In this document: piece by piece, positions 14,940-27,083 of the stretch
Layout: each line of letters starts with the position of its first letter
How positions within the stretch are numbered: position 1 is the stretch's first letter
Assembly (NCBI RefSeq): GCF_009914755.1
Contig: NC_060929.1
Length of the DNA stretch: 64,000 nt
Reading direction: 5' to 3' (one strand)
Source: the human T2T-CHM13v2.0 reference genome, Homo sapiens
Made by a program: the position numbers and the translations under genes
The notes under the pieces: model-generated
The model's database searches: none
The model's input: the letters and a program-made list of their open reading frames with translations, nothing else
What the model was told of the DNA's origin: nothing

Positions 14940-15111
14940 TATGATTGCCAGATGAAATGTAGGCTGCCCCAGTAAGTTAGAATTTCAGAAAAACAACAAA
15001 TATTTTTTAAAGAGTATGTCCCATATATTAATAGTAAGAATTATTTGTTTATCTAAAATTCAAATTTAGTGGGGCATCTTGTATTTTTATTTCCTAAATC
15101 TGGTAACCCTA
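14940..15111. mobile_element. MER53 palindromic hAT MITE
   Basis: TIR-like ends gattgccagat / atctggtaacccta; internal arms gaatttcagaaaaacaa / ttgtttatctaaaattc; centre agtatgtccca. Confidence 0.85.
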
Positions 15112-15365
15112 ATTATGTTTTAATGGAGAAGTTTACAAACTGGAGCACAGTTCCTTGATTTATTATTATTGGTATCATCTTAGTGATGAGGAAATTGACT
15201 AAATGACCTCTATCATTCATTTCAAACTTGAGGATTTTAGAACTGTAATAAGAAAAGAAAGCATATGGAATCAAACTCCTTCCTACCTATGTGAATTTGG
15301 TTGTTAGCCTTGGTAAGCTTTAACTGTTATTATTATATAGACTTTTCTTTTTTGTAGGTCAGTTA

Positions 15366-15688
15366 CAGTTGGCCTTCTGCATCCATGGGTTCTGCATCCA
15401 TGGATTCAACCAACAGTGTATGGAAAATACTTGTAAAAAATTGCATCTGTACTGAATATATACAGACTTTTTTCTTGTTATTTTCTATACAATATGGTAA
15501 TAAAAGCTATTTACATAGCATTTACATTGTATTAGGTATTATAAGAAATTTAGAAATGATTTAAATTATACCAAAGGATATACACAGTAGGCTGTATGTA
15601 AATACTATGCCATTTTATGTCAGGGACTTGTGCATCCTTAGATTTTGGTATCCGAAGGAGGTCCTAGAACCTCTCCCCCATGGATACT
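15366..15688. mobile_element. Tigger3a (MER7A-like) TcMar element
   Basis: TA|cagttggccttctgcatccatgggttctgcatccatggattcaacc; tatttacatagcatttacattgtattaggtattataag. Confidence 0.88.
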
Positions 15689-16045
15689 TTCAGTGCTTGT
15701 TTCTGAACCATATTATCAAATTTTAATTTTCTTTCTGCAAACAGAACAAATGCAGCATTCTAGTTCTTGACCTTTATGGCTTAGACTAAGTTATTTTTCT
15801 TGAAAGATTCCTCCTTTTCTTATTTGCACTCTATGAGATACTAACAGGAACTCCGGGCTGCCCAGTCATACTAGAGAATTTCACGCTGGTAGAAGGAGAG
15901 GTTTCAAAGTCTTAGTGTACTTCATTGTAAACCTGGAGGCTGTGGAAGGCTCTGGTTGCTGACCATATGCTTGTTGCTGTCTGAGGAAGAGTGAAAGCTA
16001 GTTGTTCTTTAAGTCACTGAAGGATCCGATTTAAAAGAAAGAAGG

Positions 16046-16460
<415 letters not shown>

Positions 16461-16882
16461 CTACTCTGTTCTGGATAGTATGCTAGGCATCTCATCCTCA
16501 CATAGCCATGGGAAATGGATACGCGTTATCCTCGTTATAATAGCTAAGGAAAGCTTCCCATATGACTACAGTAGCCTAAAAATCCACATCTGCCTGATTC
16601 CTAGGTCATGAGAGGGACGTCTGTCTGGCCACTGGAATTGCTGGTCAGTGCAAAGCTTGTTAGTAATCCCCAACTAGCCTATTTGTTTCTCCTGAGGCTT
16701 GTTTAAGATGGAAAGTTGCATAGATGTCTTTATCCCAGAGACATGATCCATCAGGGTTTGATGGCATGTTTAGCACGTTCTTTTCTTTTCCAGCAGGAGG
16801 TGGCTTTCTACAAGTCACCAGGCCACCAAAATGGATCTGAGTTGTTATTTTTAAATGATTTGGAAAACATACTGATAGAAAA

Positions 16883-17286
16883 TGTGTCTTAGGTTTGGGC
16901 CACTATGAGAGAATACCACAGACTAGGTGGCTTAAACAACAGAAATGTATTTCTCACAGTTCTGGGACTGGGAAGCCTAAGATCAAGGCACTGACAGATT
17001 TGGTGTCTGGTCAGAGTTCTCTTCTTGGTTTGCAGATAGCTATTTTCTCATTGTATGTTAACATCGCAGATAATGAGACAGAGAGAGAGAGAGAGAGAGA
17101 GAGGAAATGAGAGTGCATACATGCCCTCTGCTCTCTTCATCCCGTTGTAAAGGCACTAATCTCACTCATGAGGGCTACACCCTCATGATCTAATTACCAC
17201 CCAAAGGCCCGCCTTTTAATACCATCACATTGGGAGTTAGAACGTCAGCATATGAATTAGAGAGACACATTCAGTCTACAGTAACA
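16883..17286 (-). mobile_element. MLT1A0-like MaLR solo LTR with internal (GA)n (~17080-17103)
   Basis: ataccacagactaggtggcttaaacaacagaaatgtatttctcacagttctgg ... aataccatcacattgggagttag ... cattcagtctacagtaaca. Confidence 0.88.
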
Positions 17287-17633
17287 TTTCATTGTTTAAG
17301 TTAGAATACAAAGCTACATTAAAAAACCACACAAAGCATGATCTACCTCCTCCCAGTAAGACATTGTTAACCTTCTGATGTAATGTCTTATAGATAGATA
17401 GAAACATGTTGGTGAAATATAAATGTAAGTTGTAGTTGTTGTTTTACAGAAACAGAATCACATGGAACAAAAACTATTTTGGAATCAACTCCTTTTTTTT
17501 TTTTCACTCAACAATATGCCTTCCTAAAATGTATAGCCCAAAAAGAACTTAAATTTTTTTGGGGAGATGGTCAATATGTGTATAATAATTTTAAGAATTA
17601 AAACAAATTATGTGGTACAGATTTTATATTTTT

Positions 17634-17678
17634 AGACTATTATAGTCTATTATATTATATTATAGACTATTATAGTCT
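17634..17678. repeat. 45-bp AT-rich quasi-palindrome (duplicated 16-17 bp palindrome)
   Basis: agactattatagtctattatattatattatagactattatagtct; 20 of 22 arm pairs are complementary. Confidence 0.95.
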
Positions 17679-18414
17679 TTTCTGGAAATACTAGTTATGA
17701 TTGGTAGTAATTCATATTCCATTTTTATTTAACTACATAAATCTTCCTAAAGAAACAAAACAGAAGAAAAAGTGGCACTGATAATGGCAGTTCTTTAGTC
17801 CTTGTGAATAGGATCCACAGCATTTTCTAACTTCCTATCTCTGGATGACTATTTTTTGGTGTGATTTTCTGACTTAAACTTGCCTTGATAGGTTACTTGG
17901 GTCTGTTAAAAGGCCAAATCAGCCCTTACGCTATGAAAGACACCAAAGCTATATGTCTTGACAGTTTCACAGAATGAAACAAATAAGGTAGACCTCAAAA
18001 ATTAAATTCCAGAAGAACATGTCACACCCACCTACCAGCCCAACATACTTTTTTTTTTTTTTTTTTTAAGGCACCAGAACCATATTGCTGGAAAAATGTC
18101 CAGATGCTGTAATTGTCCTAGTGATGGGTAGTCCAAGTAAAAATGATGGCTTTACTGTAATGTACATATCAGTGTTTGCTCTGGGGATAAATTCCACAGA
18201 GATCTGTCTTGTTGAGGTCAGTTAGGGGAGCAGAGGAAATCACACCTGCTAGGTGATAAGAACTTTTCACTAACTAGGTGGTCCATTAATACATATTGCT
18301 GGTTATGTAAAAAGATAAGACTTTTCAGCTTCCTCCACCCAATTTTTTGCTAGTGGGAAGATTCCCTTTGCAGTAAGTGGCAATGGTAAAAACAGGTAGA
18401 CGCATGTCCTGCTG

Positions 18415-18840
18415 CAGCAAATGCAGTGTAGTGGACGTAGCAATGAACATAGCTTGAAAGACTTGAATGTGAGCCCAACTTCGCTGCACACTGACCCATT
18501 AACCCTGGGCAAGTTCTTAGGCCTTGGTTTCTTCACCTATAAAGTAGAAATAATGATCCTTGGTTTCCTCAGTGGATTCCTGTGAAAATAATGCATAAGA
18601 AATGCTTTGCACGCTATAAATCACTCATAATAAAGAGAGCACTGACGTTTCTTGATAAAGGTACTCAGAAAAACCAGACACTGTGCTGAACATTTTGTAT
18701 GCATTGTCTCTAATACTCAAACTCCCTAGGCAGTAGATACTGTTGCTATTTTCATTTTACAGAAAAGACAACTAATACTTAGAGGGGTTAAGTAATTTGC
18801 CAAGGCCACAAAGCTTGAAGTTAGCAGAGCAGAATGGAAC
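18415..18840. mobile_element. Two adjacent MIRs in opposite orientation (+ ~18415-18630; - ~18650-18840)
   Basis: accctgggcaagttcttaggccttggtttcttcacctataaa; cattttacagaaaagacaact..gttaagtaatttgccaaggccaca. Confidence 0.75.
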
Positions 18841-18869
18841 ACTGTATAATATTGATTATATAATTTTTT

Positions 18870-19130
18870 TTCTACGTTAGATACAGTGTTGTTGCATATA
18901 TGATACCTTAGGAGCACAAGGAGCTTTTTTAAAAAATAGGAAATTTATTTATTTTATTTATTTCAACATTAGGAAAAATATATATGTAGCATATCAAACT
19001 CCTGATTTTAGGGCTGTGACTTCTTACGATTAGTGTAAATTTCCAAATATTCAATTTAAAGAAATAAGATAATTTGGAGATGAGTGTGAAATGATAGAAC
19101 AGATGATGTGCACATATCATAAACTCAGAG
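18870..19130 (-). mobile_element. MER113A-like hAT-Charlie fragment
   Basis: Reverse complement aaaatcaggagtttgatatgctacatatatatttttcctaatg resembles MER113A. Confidence 0.45.
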
Positions 19131-19313
19131 GTGTGGTAGAAATGACTAAAGTCTGTGATACACTGGCCTATGTCAAGATGTAGCTAAATATACATAGCAT
19201 TTACAAATGCTATGTATAAAAATATTTTGATGTTTTGTACACATGGGCTACAGAAGGGTGTAAAAATTCAAACGAGGACTTCTTTAAAACAAGCCTGAAG
19301 TATTTAACCCCAA

Positions 19314-19379
19314 ATCAATGACAATAATATTAATAATAATAGCTATCAATGACAATAATATTAATAATAATAGCTATCA
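19314..19379 (+). repeat. Perfect 31-bp tandem duplication
   Basis: atcaatgacaataatattaataataatagct x2 followed by atca. Confidence 0.97.
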
Positions 19380-19505
19380 TTTACTGGAGCTTACCGTGTT
19401 TTAGGCGTTATGCTAAGCACTTTATACTTATAGCCCAATTTAAATCTCAGGTTTTATTTGTGCTCAAAGAAGCTTCTTTGTGAGAAATGCCAAGAAGTTC
19501 TAGAT

Positions 19506-19819
19506 CTGCAATGTCCAGTACAGTATCCCCTGGTTATGTGTGGCTCTTGAGTAGATGAAACTTGATGTGTCCAAATTGAGATGTGCTGTAAGTGTAAAAT
19601 ATGCACTGGATTTTGAAGATTTCATATGAAAAAGGAATATAAATATCTCAATAATTTTTATGTTGGTTACATGTTGAAATGATAATATTTTACAGTATTA
19701 AGCTAAATATAACTTAAAAATAATTTTGCCTGTTTATTTTTGTAAGGTACTGGAACTTTTAGAATCACATATGTGGCTCTTAATGCTGGCTCACATTATA
19801 TTTTGCTTGGACAGTGCTG
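19506..19819 (-). mobile_element. MER33 hAT-Charlie
   Basis: ccaaattgagatgtgctgtaagtgtaaaatatgcactggattttgaaga ... ttggacagtgctg. Confidence 0.88.
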
Positions 19820-19914
19820 TTCTCAATGAGATACACAATGTACTATTGGCTTGTGTCTGAGCTGAACCCCCAGGTTAGAAGGTTTTCATCAGGGAAGCTG
19901 AGATTTTTTGTTTG

Positions 19915-19990
19915 GTTTAATTAGCAGGTGCAAATGCAAACGTAGCCAAGGTTCAACTACCCTGATTTTGCATTTGCATTTTCCTACAGT
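19915..19990. promoter_or_regulatory. Candidate enhancer: inverted POU/octamer cluster
   Basis: tgcaaatgcaaa (19929-19940) and tttgcatttgca (19967-19978); perfect ATTTGCAT; nearby TAATTA and E-boxes. Confidence 0.35.
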
Positions 19991-21015
19991 GGCCACCAGC
20001 TGCTGTAAAGCCAGAGAGGGACAAAGAAGTCTGCTTCTTGCTGCTTTAGAGCCATTAAACTCTTTAAGGCAGGACATTGCCCCTTGATTCAGTGTGCAAA
20101 TAATGGAGTAGTGTAATTAGCATTCGTGTAGTTATACTGATGTAATCTCATGGGGTCAGGGTAAATTATTGTATTCTGGGGCTCAAGTGCATTCATGATG
20201 GGTAATTTATTCATAGGTGAGGTATAGCAGTTTCCTAAGAAGTCTCTCAGAGTGAGTTCTCAGAGTGAGCTGTGGAGGGTAACTATTATTGCAGCAATAG
20301 ATGTTGTTAGAAGAGGTAAACACAGAGATGGAGAATGCAACTTGACCTCACTCTAGTACAAACACAAGTTTAAGCAGCCTTGATCCCAAGAAAAAACAAA
20401 AAACAAACAAACCAAAAAACTTGTGGCAAGTGACTATAGTTTTTTCCCATTTTTGCTTTCTACTTAGTCAAATGGCCTCAGCAAGAGTGTCTCTATGTAA
20501 ACAAACAAGCAAAAGAAAACCACACACACGTTATTAAAGACGGATTCAAAATCTAAACACTTAAGATTGAATAGGCAAAGCCAGTGCCAGTGTTTCCCAC
20601 ATGCTCAGTCACTTTCAACAGAGTTTCTTATTCCTCCTTATGATCAGCTTCCTGGAGGTGGGAGAAAGAGTACTGGACTCAAAAGAGAACATTCAAGTTC
20701 AAGTGCTGTTAAATAAATTTCATAGCTTTCTGCCTTAGAAAACTCACTTGACTATTCCAAGCTGCATATTCCTAACCATCAAATTCCAAATATACTAAGG
20801 AATTTGAAAAACTCTGCTCTGTGGGCAATCGTGAAGCAATTTTATGACTAAAACCTTTCCAGGTCTCATGTCTTAGCTTTTGGCTTCTTATTATACTTTA
20901 TCTTTGTAATGATAATGAGTTAAAATTTAGTGAAAGCCCGTGTGGGTCAGGACTGTGCTGCCTCCCTCTCATTCTTTTAAAGTTTTTCTACTATGAAATA
21001 TTAAACACTTAGTAG

Positions 21016-21035
21016 AACACACACACACACACACA
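21016..21035 (+). repeat. (CA)n microsatellite
   Basis: aacacacacacacacacaca. Confidence 0.9.
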
Positions 21036-21048
21036 GCTTAATGGATTA

Positions 21049-22342
21049 CAGTAGTCTTCCCTTATTGGTTTCATTACCGATGCTTTCTCACAGTTACCGG
21101 CGGTCCACTGTGGTCTGAAACATTAAATGGGAAATTACAAAAATAATCAATTCAGAAGTCTTAAATTGCACACCATTCTCAGTAGTGTGATGAAGTCTCA
21201 CATGACGAAATTGATAGGAACAGGAGGCAGGGAAATTCTAGGCAGAAGAGGACGGGTGCCTGGTGAGGGACCCACCCTTAAGCTGAAATGCCTGGAATCA
21301 TGGCTCAAAGTGAGAACTTACATCCCTGTTTTCTTGCTTGAATAATTGCCTTTTCCAAAACCACCCATAGCCCACCTCACCCCCTCATCCTGTGTCTATA
21401 AAAATCCCAGAATTCAACTGGCAGAGAGGAGGAGCTGCTGGAAGTCAGAGACTACAAGACTACGGTTGAATATCGGAGAGAAATGGCTTGACTTTAGAGG
21501 GACAGCTTCATGGCGTAGCTTTGGAGAGGAGTCCGGCTGGGGATGGCTGGACTTCAGGGGAAGATTACCTTCCAGCTCCATCCCCTTTTCAGCTCCCCTT
21601 CCTGCCAATAACCAGTTTCATTGGCCATAAAATCACCCACATTTACCATCTTCAATTCATTCATGTGACCTCATTCCTCCTGGATGCCGGACAAGAACTT
21701 GGGTGCCATGAGTGTGGGTGCAAAAGGCTGTCACACTGACCTTCCACTGAGCTTCGCTCCTGCTGGTGCCCAAAAACACTCACCCTGGCTCCTGCACTTG
21801 CTCACCTGCCCTCTCTGTCCCATGAGGGGTGGAGCAGTGAGTGAGTGGAGTTCCACTCTGGCCTGCACGGAAGCAGCCAGCTAGTTCCAGCTCCCATGTA
21901 CTCCAGTTCCTGCCGGTGAAGGGGTCAGGACAATATCCTGCTTCAAATCATCCCTTTATTCAGCAACTCCATGTGTTTTACACTACCTACCCATTACCTA
22001 CTGAGTAGCCATCTCAGTTATCAGATTGACAGATCGCAAGAAGGGTGAGTATAGTATAAGAAGTTATTTTCATAAAGAGAAAGAGAGAGAGACCACATTC
22101 ACATAACCTTGATGACAGTATGTTGTTAGAATTATTTTATTAGTAGTTATTGTTGATCTCTTACTGTACCTGATTTACAAATTAAACTTTATCATAATTA
22201 TGGGTGCATAGGAAAAAAGATAGCATGTGTGTATGTGTATATATATATGTGTGTATATATATAGGATTCAGTACTGTCTGAGGTATTAGGCAGCCACTGG
22301 AGCCCTTGGAACAAAACCCCAAGGGATAGGAAGGGACTATTG
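21049..22342. mobile_element. MER44B TcMar-Tigger, split by MER50
   Basis: TA TSDs (21047-48, 22343-44); TIRs cagtagtcttcccttat / ataggaagggactattg; gagagagaccacattcacataac. Confidence 0.88.
21212..21945 (+). mobile_element. MER50 ERV1 solo LTR
   Basis: TG..CA ends: tgataggaacaggaggcagggaaattctaggcagaagagg ... ggggtcaggacaatatcctgcttca; TATA ctataaaa near 21396. Confidence 0.85.
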
Positions 22343-23609
22343 TACTATAAAGTGAATATCTGTGTAGCCATAATCCAGATCAAGAAACAGCATTGCCAGT
22401 AACCATGAACCCCCAAAATTATCTGATTCGGAGATAACTTCTTTTGTCCCTTAAAGGTAAACAGTATTCTCACTTTATGATAATCACTTTCTTGCTTTTC
22501 TTTGTATTTTTTAACATAAGAGTATATAACTGTAAACAGTATGATTTGGTTTTAGGTGTTTGGGAATTTTAAATGGCCAGACATATCCTGACCCTTGTGT
22601 CTTACTTCTTATACAGCATCATGTTTGTGACAATCACTCATGCTATTGTATATAGCTGTAGTGCTTTCATTTTTGTTGCTATTTTCCATTGTGTGAATAC
22701 ACAGTGATTGATTTGTCTAACCTATTGTTGATAAACTTTTGGGCTGTTTCTGATTTTGGCCTGTTAAAATAATGCTGCTGTGAACATTCTTGTTCATTTC
22801 CTTTGAGGCATATGAATATGCATTTCTGATGGGTATACTTCTAGGAGTGGAATTGCTAGGTCACAGGTTATGCGTATTATTCAATTTAAGTAGATAATGC
22901 CCAATTTTCTGAAGGGTTCGTGTCAATTTATATCCCCACCAGCAGAATTTTGAGAGTTCCCTTGTTCAACATCCTTGCCAGCAGTTGGAATTCTCAGTTT
23001 AAGAAATCTAGCCAGTTCAGTGGTATGTATAGTGATATCTTTCTGTGGTTTTAATTGGCATTCCCCTGGTGGCTAATGAACTCATTTTCGTATGTCTGGT
23101 AGCCATTTGGATGTCTATTTTGGTAACATGACTTCTCAATTCTCTTCTTGATTTTACTACTAGGTTTTCTGTGTTTTTTTATTCTTATTGATTTATAGGA
23201 CTTACTTTTGTATTCTAGACACAAGCTCTTTATTGGTTATAGGTGTTGCAAATATCTTGTCCTACTCTGTGACTTGCATTTTCATTCTCTTAATGAAGTC
23301 TTTTGATGAATGAATGCTTTTAATTTTGATTTAGTCAAATTTATCGAACTTTTGTTTTATGGCAGTGATGTGCTTCTCTCTTTAAAAAGTCTTCTCTACC
23401 CCGAGGTCATGAGGATTGACCTCTTACATTGTCTTCTCAAGGTTTTATTGTTTTGCCTCTCACATTTAGATCTACAATCCATCTAAAATTGATTTTTTTA
23501 GATGAGGTATAAGTTGAGGTCATGTTTCATTATTTCTATATGGATATCCAATTGTTCCAGAACCATATATTGCAAAAGCCTTCATTACCCTCTTACTCAA
23601 CAGTGCCAC

Positions 23610-24133
23610 TGTTTTAACCTTAGTTTTCCTGAAAGCAGATCCCTGAGGCAAAGGCTTGCCTAGATGTTATTTGGCAACATGATTCAAAGTAGCAGAAGTA
23701 TAAGACCAGTAATGAAATAAGAAAACAGAGAAAAAGCCAATACAAAGATATGTAATCCAACTGGCTACTGCTATAGGTCACTTGTGTTCAAATTTTTTAA
23801 GGAGCTGCACAAAATTCAAATCAGAACTCTCCACCTGGGATGAAAGGAAAAAACATTTTTCCATTGAATCTCCCACTAGCCAAGTCTGGCTCTAGGAGTG
23901 TTAATTCCTTTATACATCCAGGTTATACATGTTTGAGTGCTAAGCGTGGACAATCTATGTCTTGGCATTAGAGAAGCCCCTGGGCAGGAAGCAAAAGGTA
24001 TGCAGTTTGGATCAACAGCTAGATGTACTGTGGTTGCACGTGTGTGATGCTGATCAAGGCCAACATGGCTGTTGCTGTAGCAGGCTAAAGTAAAAGATGG
24101 CTCTGAGAGGATTTTGATGTGGTTTATAAGACA
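23610..24133 (-). mobile_element. ERVL LTR16-family solo LTR
   Basis: ttcctgaaagcagatccctgaggcaaagg..ttatttgg; aagccaatacaaag..ctggctactgctatagg; gagaagcccctgggcag. Confidence 0.6.
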
Positions 24134-24576
24134 TTATTTTAGTTCATTGCTCTATTTATTTATGTTTGAGCCAATACCATACTTTATTGAAAATTGTAGC
24201 TCCGTACTAAGTTTTTATACCCAGTGGTGCAAGTTTTTTGACTTTGCCCTTTTTCAAGAGTGTTTTGGCTAATGTTGGTCCTTTGCATTTCTATGTACCT
24301 TCTAGAATCAGCTTATCAAATCTCACAAACCAAACCTTTCAGATTTTGATTAAAATTACTTTGAATCTGTAGATATATTTATTGAAAAGTGCTATCTTTA
24401 CAACATTGAGATTTTCATGAACATAGTTTATCCTTCTTTAAATGCTCTAAGTAATGTTCTCTAACTTTTCTGCAGAGAAGTCTTGCATATTTTTGTTAGA
24501 TATATTTTTAGATATTTATTTTTGTTTTAAAAAATTTTCTAACTTTTTCTGGTGTATAGAAAAAATTGATATATTA

Positions 24577-25035
<459 letters not shown>

Positions 25036-25894
25036 TTACCTTGCTGTACTGGCTAGGATCACTTGCACAAATTGGAATAGAAGGATGACAGCTTGCATTC
25101 TTGCTGTACTCTCAGTCTCAATGGAAGAATTTTAATATTTTACTTTTAAGTTGATATAAGACTTCATAAAGATATTCTTTCTTAGATAAAGGAAATTACA
25201 ATTCTATTCTTAATTTGCTAGAAGTTTTAAAAATAATGAATTGTGAATTTTATTAAATCCCTTTTCCACAAGTAGTAAAATATTTATGTATTTTCCCCAT
25301 CCTGTAAATGTAATAAATTATATACATTTTTTGCTTTGTACTTTAGAATAATTTTAGATTTACAGAAGAGTTGAAAAGATGGTTCAGAATGTTCCCATAT
25401 GCCTTCACCAGCTTCCTGTAATGTTAACATTTTACAAAAATCCTGGTATATTTATCAGAATTAAAATTAGATTTTTTTTTTAAATTAAACCCAACTTGTG
25501 TTACTGAAATAGGCCTCAAAATTTGATGATAACTTTTACCCTTTTCATATATTTCTTAGTGTATAGTTTAAAAATATATTTTTGTTTATGAGTAAGGTAA
25601 GTATAAATATTGTTTTAATTTGCCTTTCATATTGTCCTAGACAGATTTTTGTATTAAGATATAATCAAACGCGCTTGGGGATTTTCCCTTTTTATCTATT
25701 TTTTGGAAGGGTTGGTGAAAGATTAGTGTTATATTTCCTCAAATGTTTGTAGAAATCTTTACAAGTAGGTTTTTAAATTCTGGATTCAATCTATTTAATA
25801 GTTATAGAACTATTCAGGTTTTTAATTATTTAAGAATTAGTGTTTTGTAACTTGTATTTTAAAATAATTTATCAATTTTCAGTGAGTATCTATA

Positions 25895-26340
25895 ATTTTA
25901 TGTTGGCTCTCTCCTTCTTATTGGCCCTATGAGGTATTCTGCCCTCTTTTCTCATGATGTGTAAATAATAAACTGCTTTGGTTATTTCATGTGTTTTGCT
26001 GAGTTGCCTCCTCTGTGTCACCTGACTAATACAACTCACCTAACTTCTTTCTCAGTCAAGGCTCCCCTGGAGAGTAGCTACTTGGTAGGAATAAACTGGG
26101 CACAAGTTAGACAAGAACTACAGAGGTATCTGCCAGAATAAACAAGTTTCCTCTGAGAGGGACACCTGGTCATGGATTGAACACTTAGGCTTTAGGCCAT
26201 GTGCCCAGATAAAGAAGTATCCCATGAAAGGCACAGTGTAAACATTCACAGACACATCCCCTTGGGCCCTGTCAGGAAGGGCTACAGCTTATACCCACTC
26301 TCCAGAGACAGACCTCAAGACCAAATAAAATCAACAACAA
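25895..26340 (+). mobile_element. MER54-like ERVL LTR, 3' part
   Basis: ggtaggaataaactgggcacaagttagacaagaactaca..gagagggacacctggtca..gataaagaagtatcccatgaaaggcaca..gacctcaagaccaaat. Confidence 0.7.
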
Positions 26341-26771
26341 CAACAACACCATTGCACCACAATTTTCAAATTTATTGTCTTAAGTTACTCAAAATATACT
26401 TATTTGTCTTTTTAATTGTCAGATATGCAGGTATATGCTCTTTTTTATTCCTGATATTTTGTAATCGTTTTTCTCTTTTTCTTCCTTAATCGTCTCATCA
26501 AAGACATCAGTTTTATTACTTTTTTCAGAAGAATAACATGTCTTTGTTGATCTTCTTTACTGAATGTTTATTTCATTGATTTTGCTATTATTTAAAAATT
26601 TTTCCTTCTCTTAGGGTTTATACTGCTTTTCTTTTTTTTATAATTTCATTTTTTATTTTAGATTTGGGGGTACATGTGCAGGTTTGTAACATGAGTATAC
26701 TGTGTGATGCAGAGGTTTGGAGTATGACTGAACTCATCACCCAGGAAGTGAGCACAGTATCCAACAATTAG

Positions 26772-27083
<312 letters not shown>

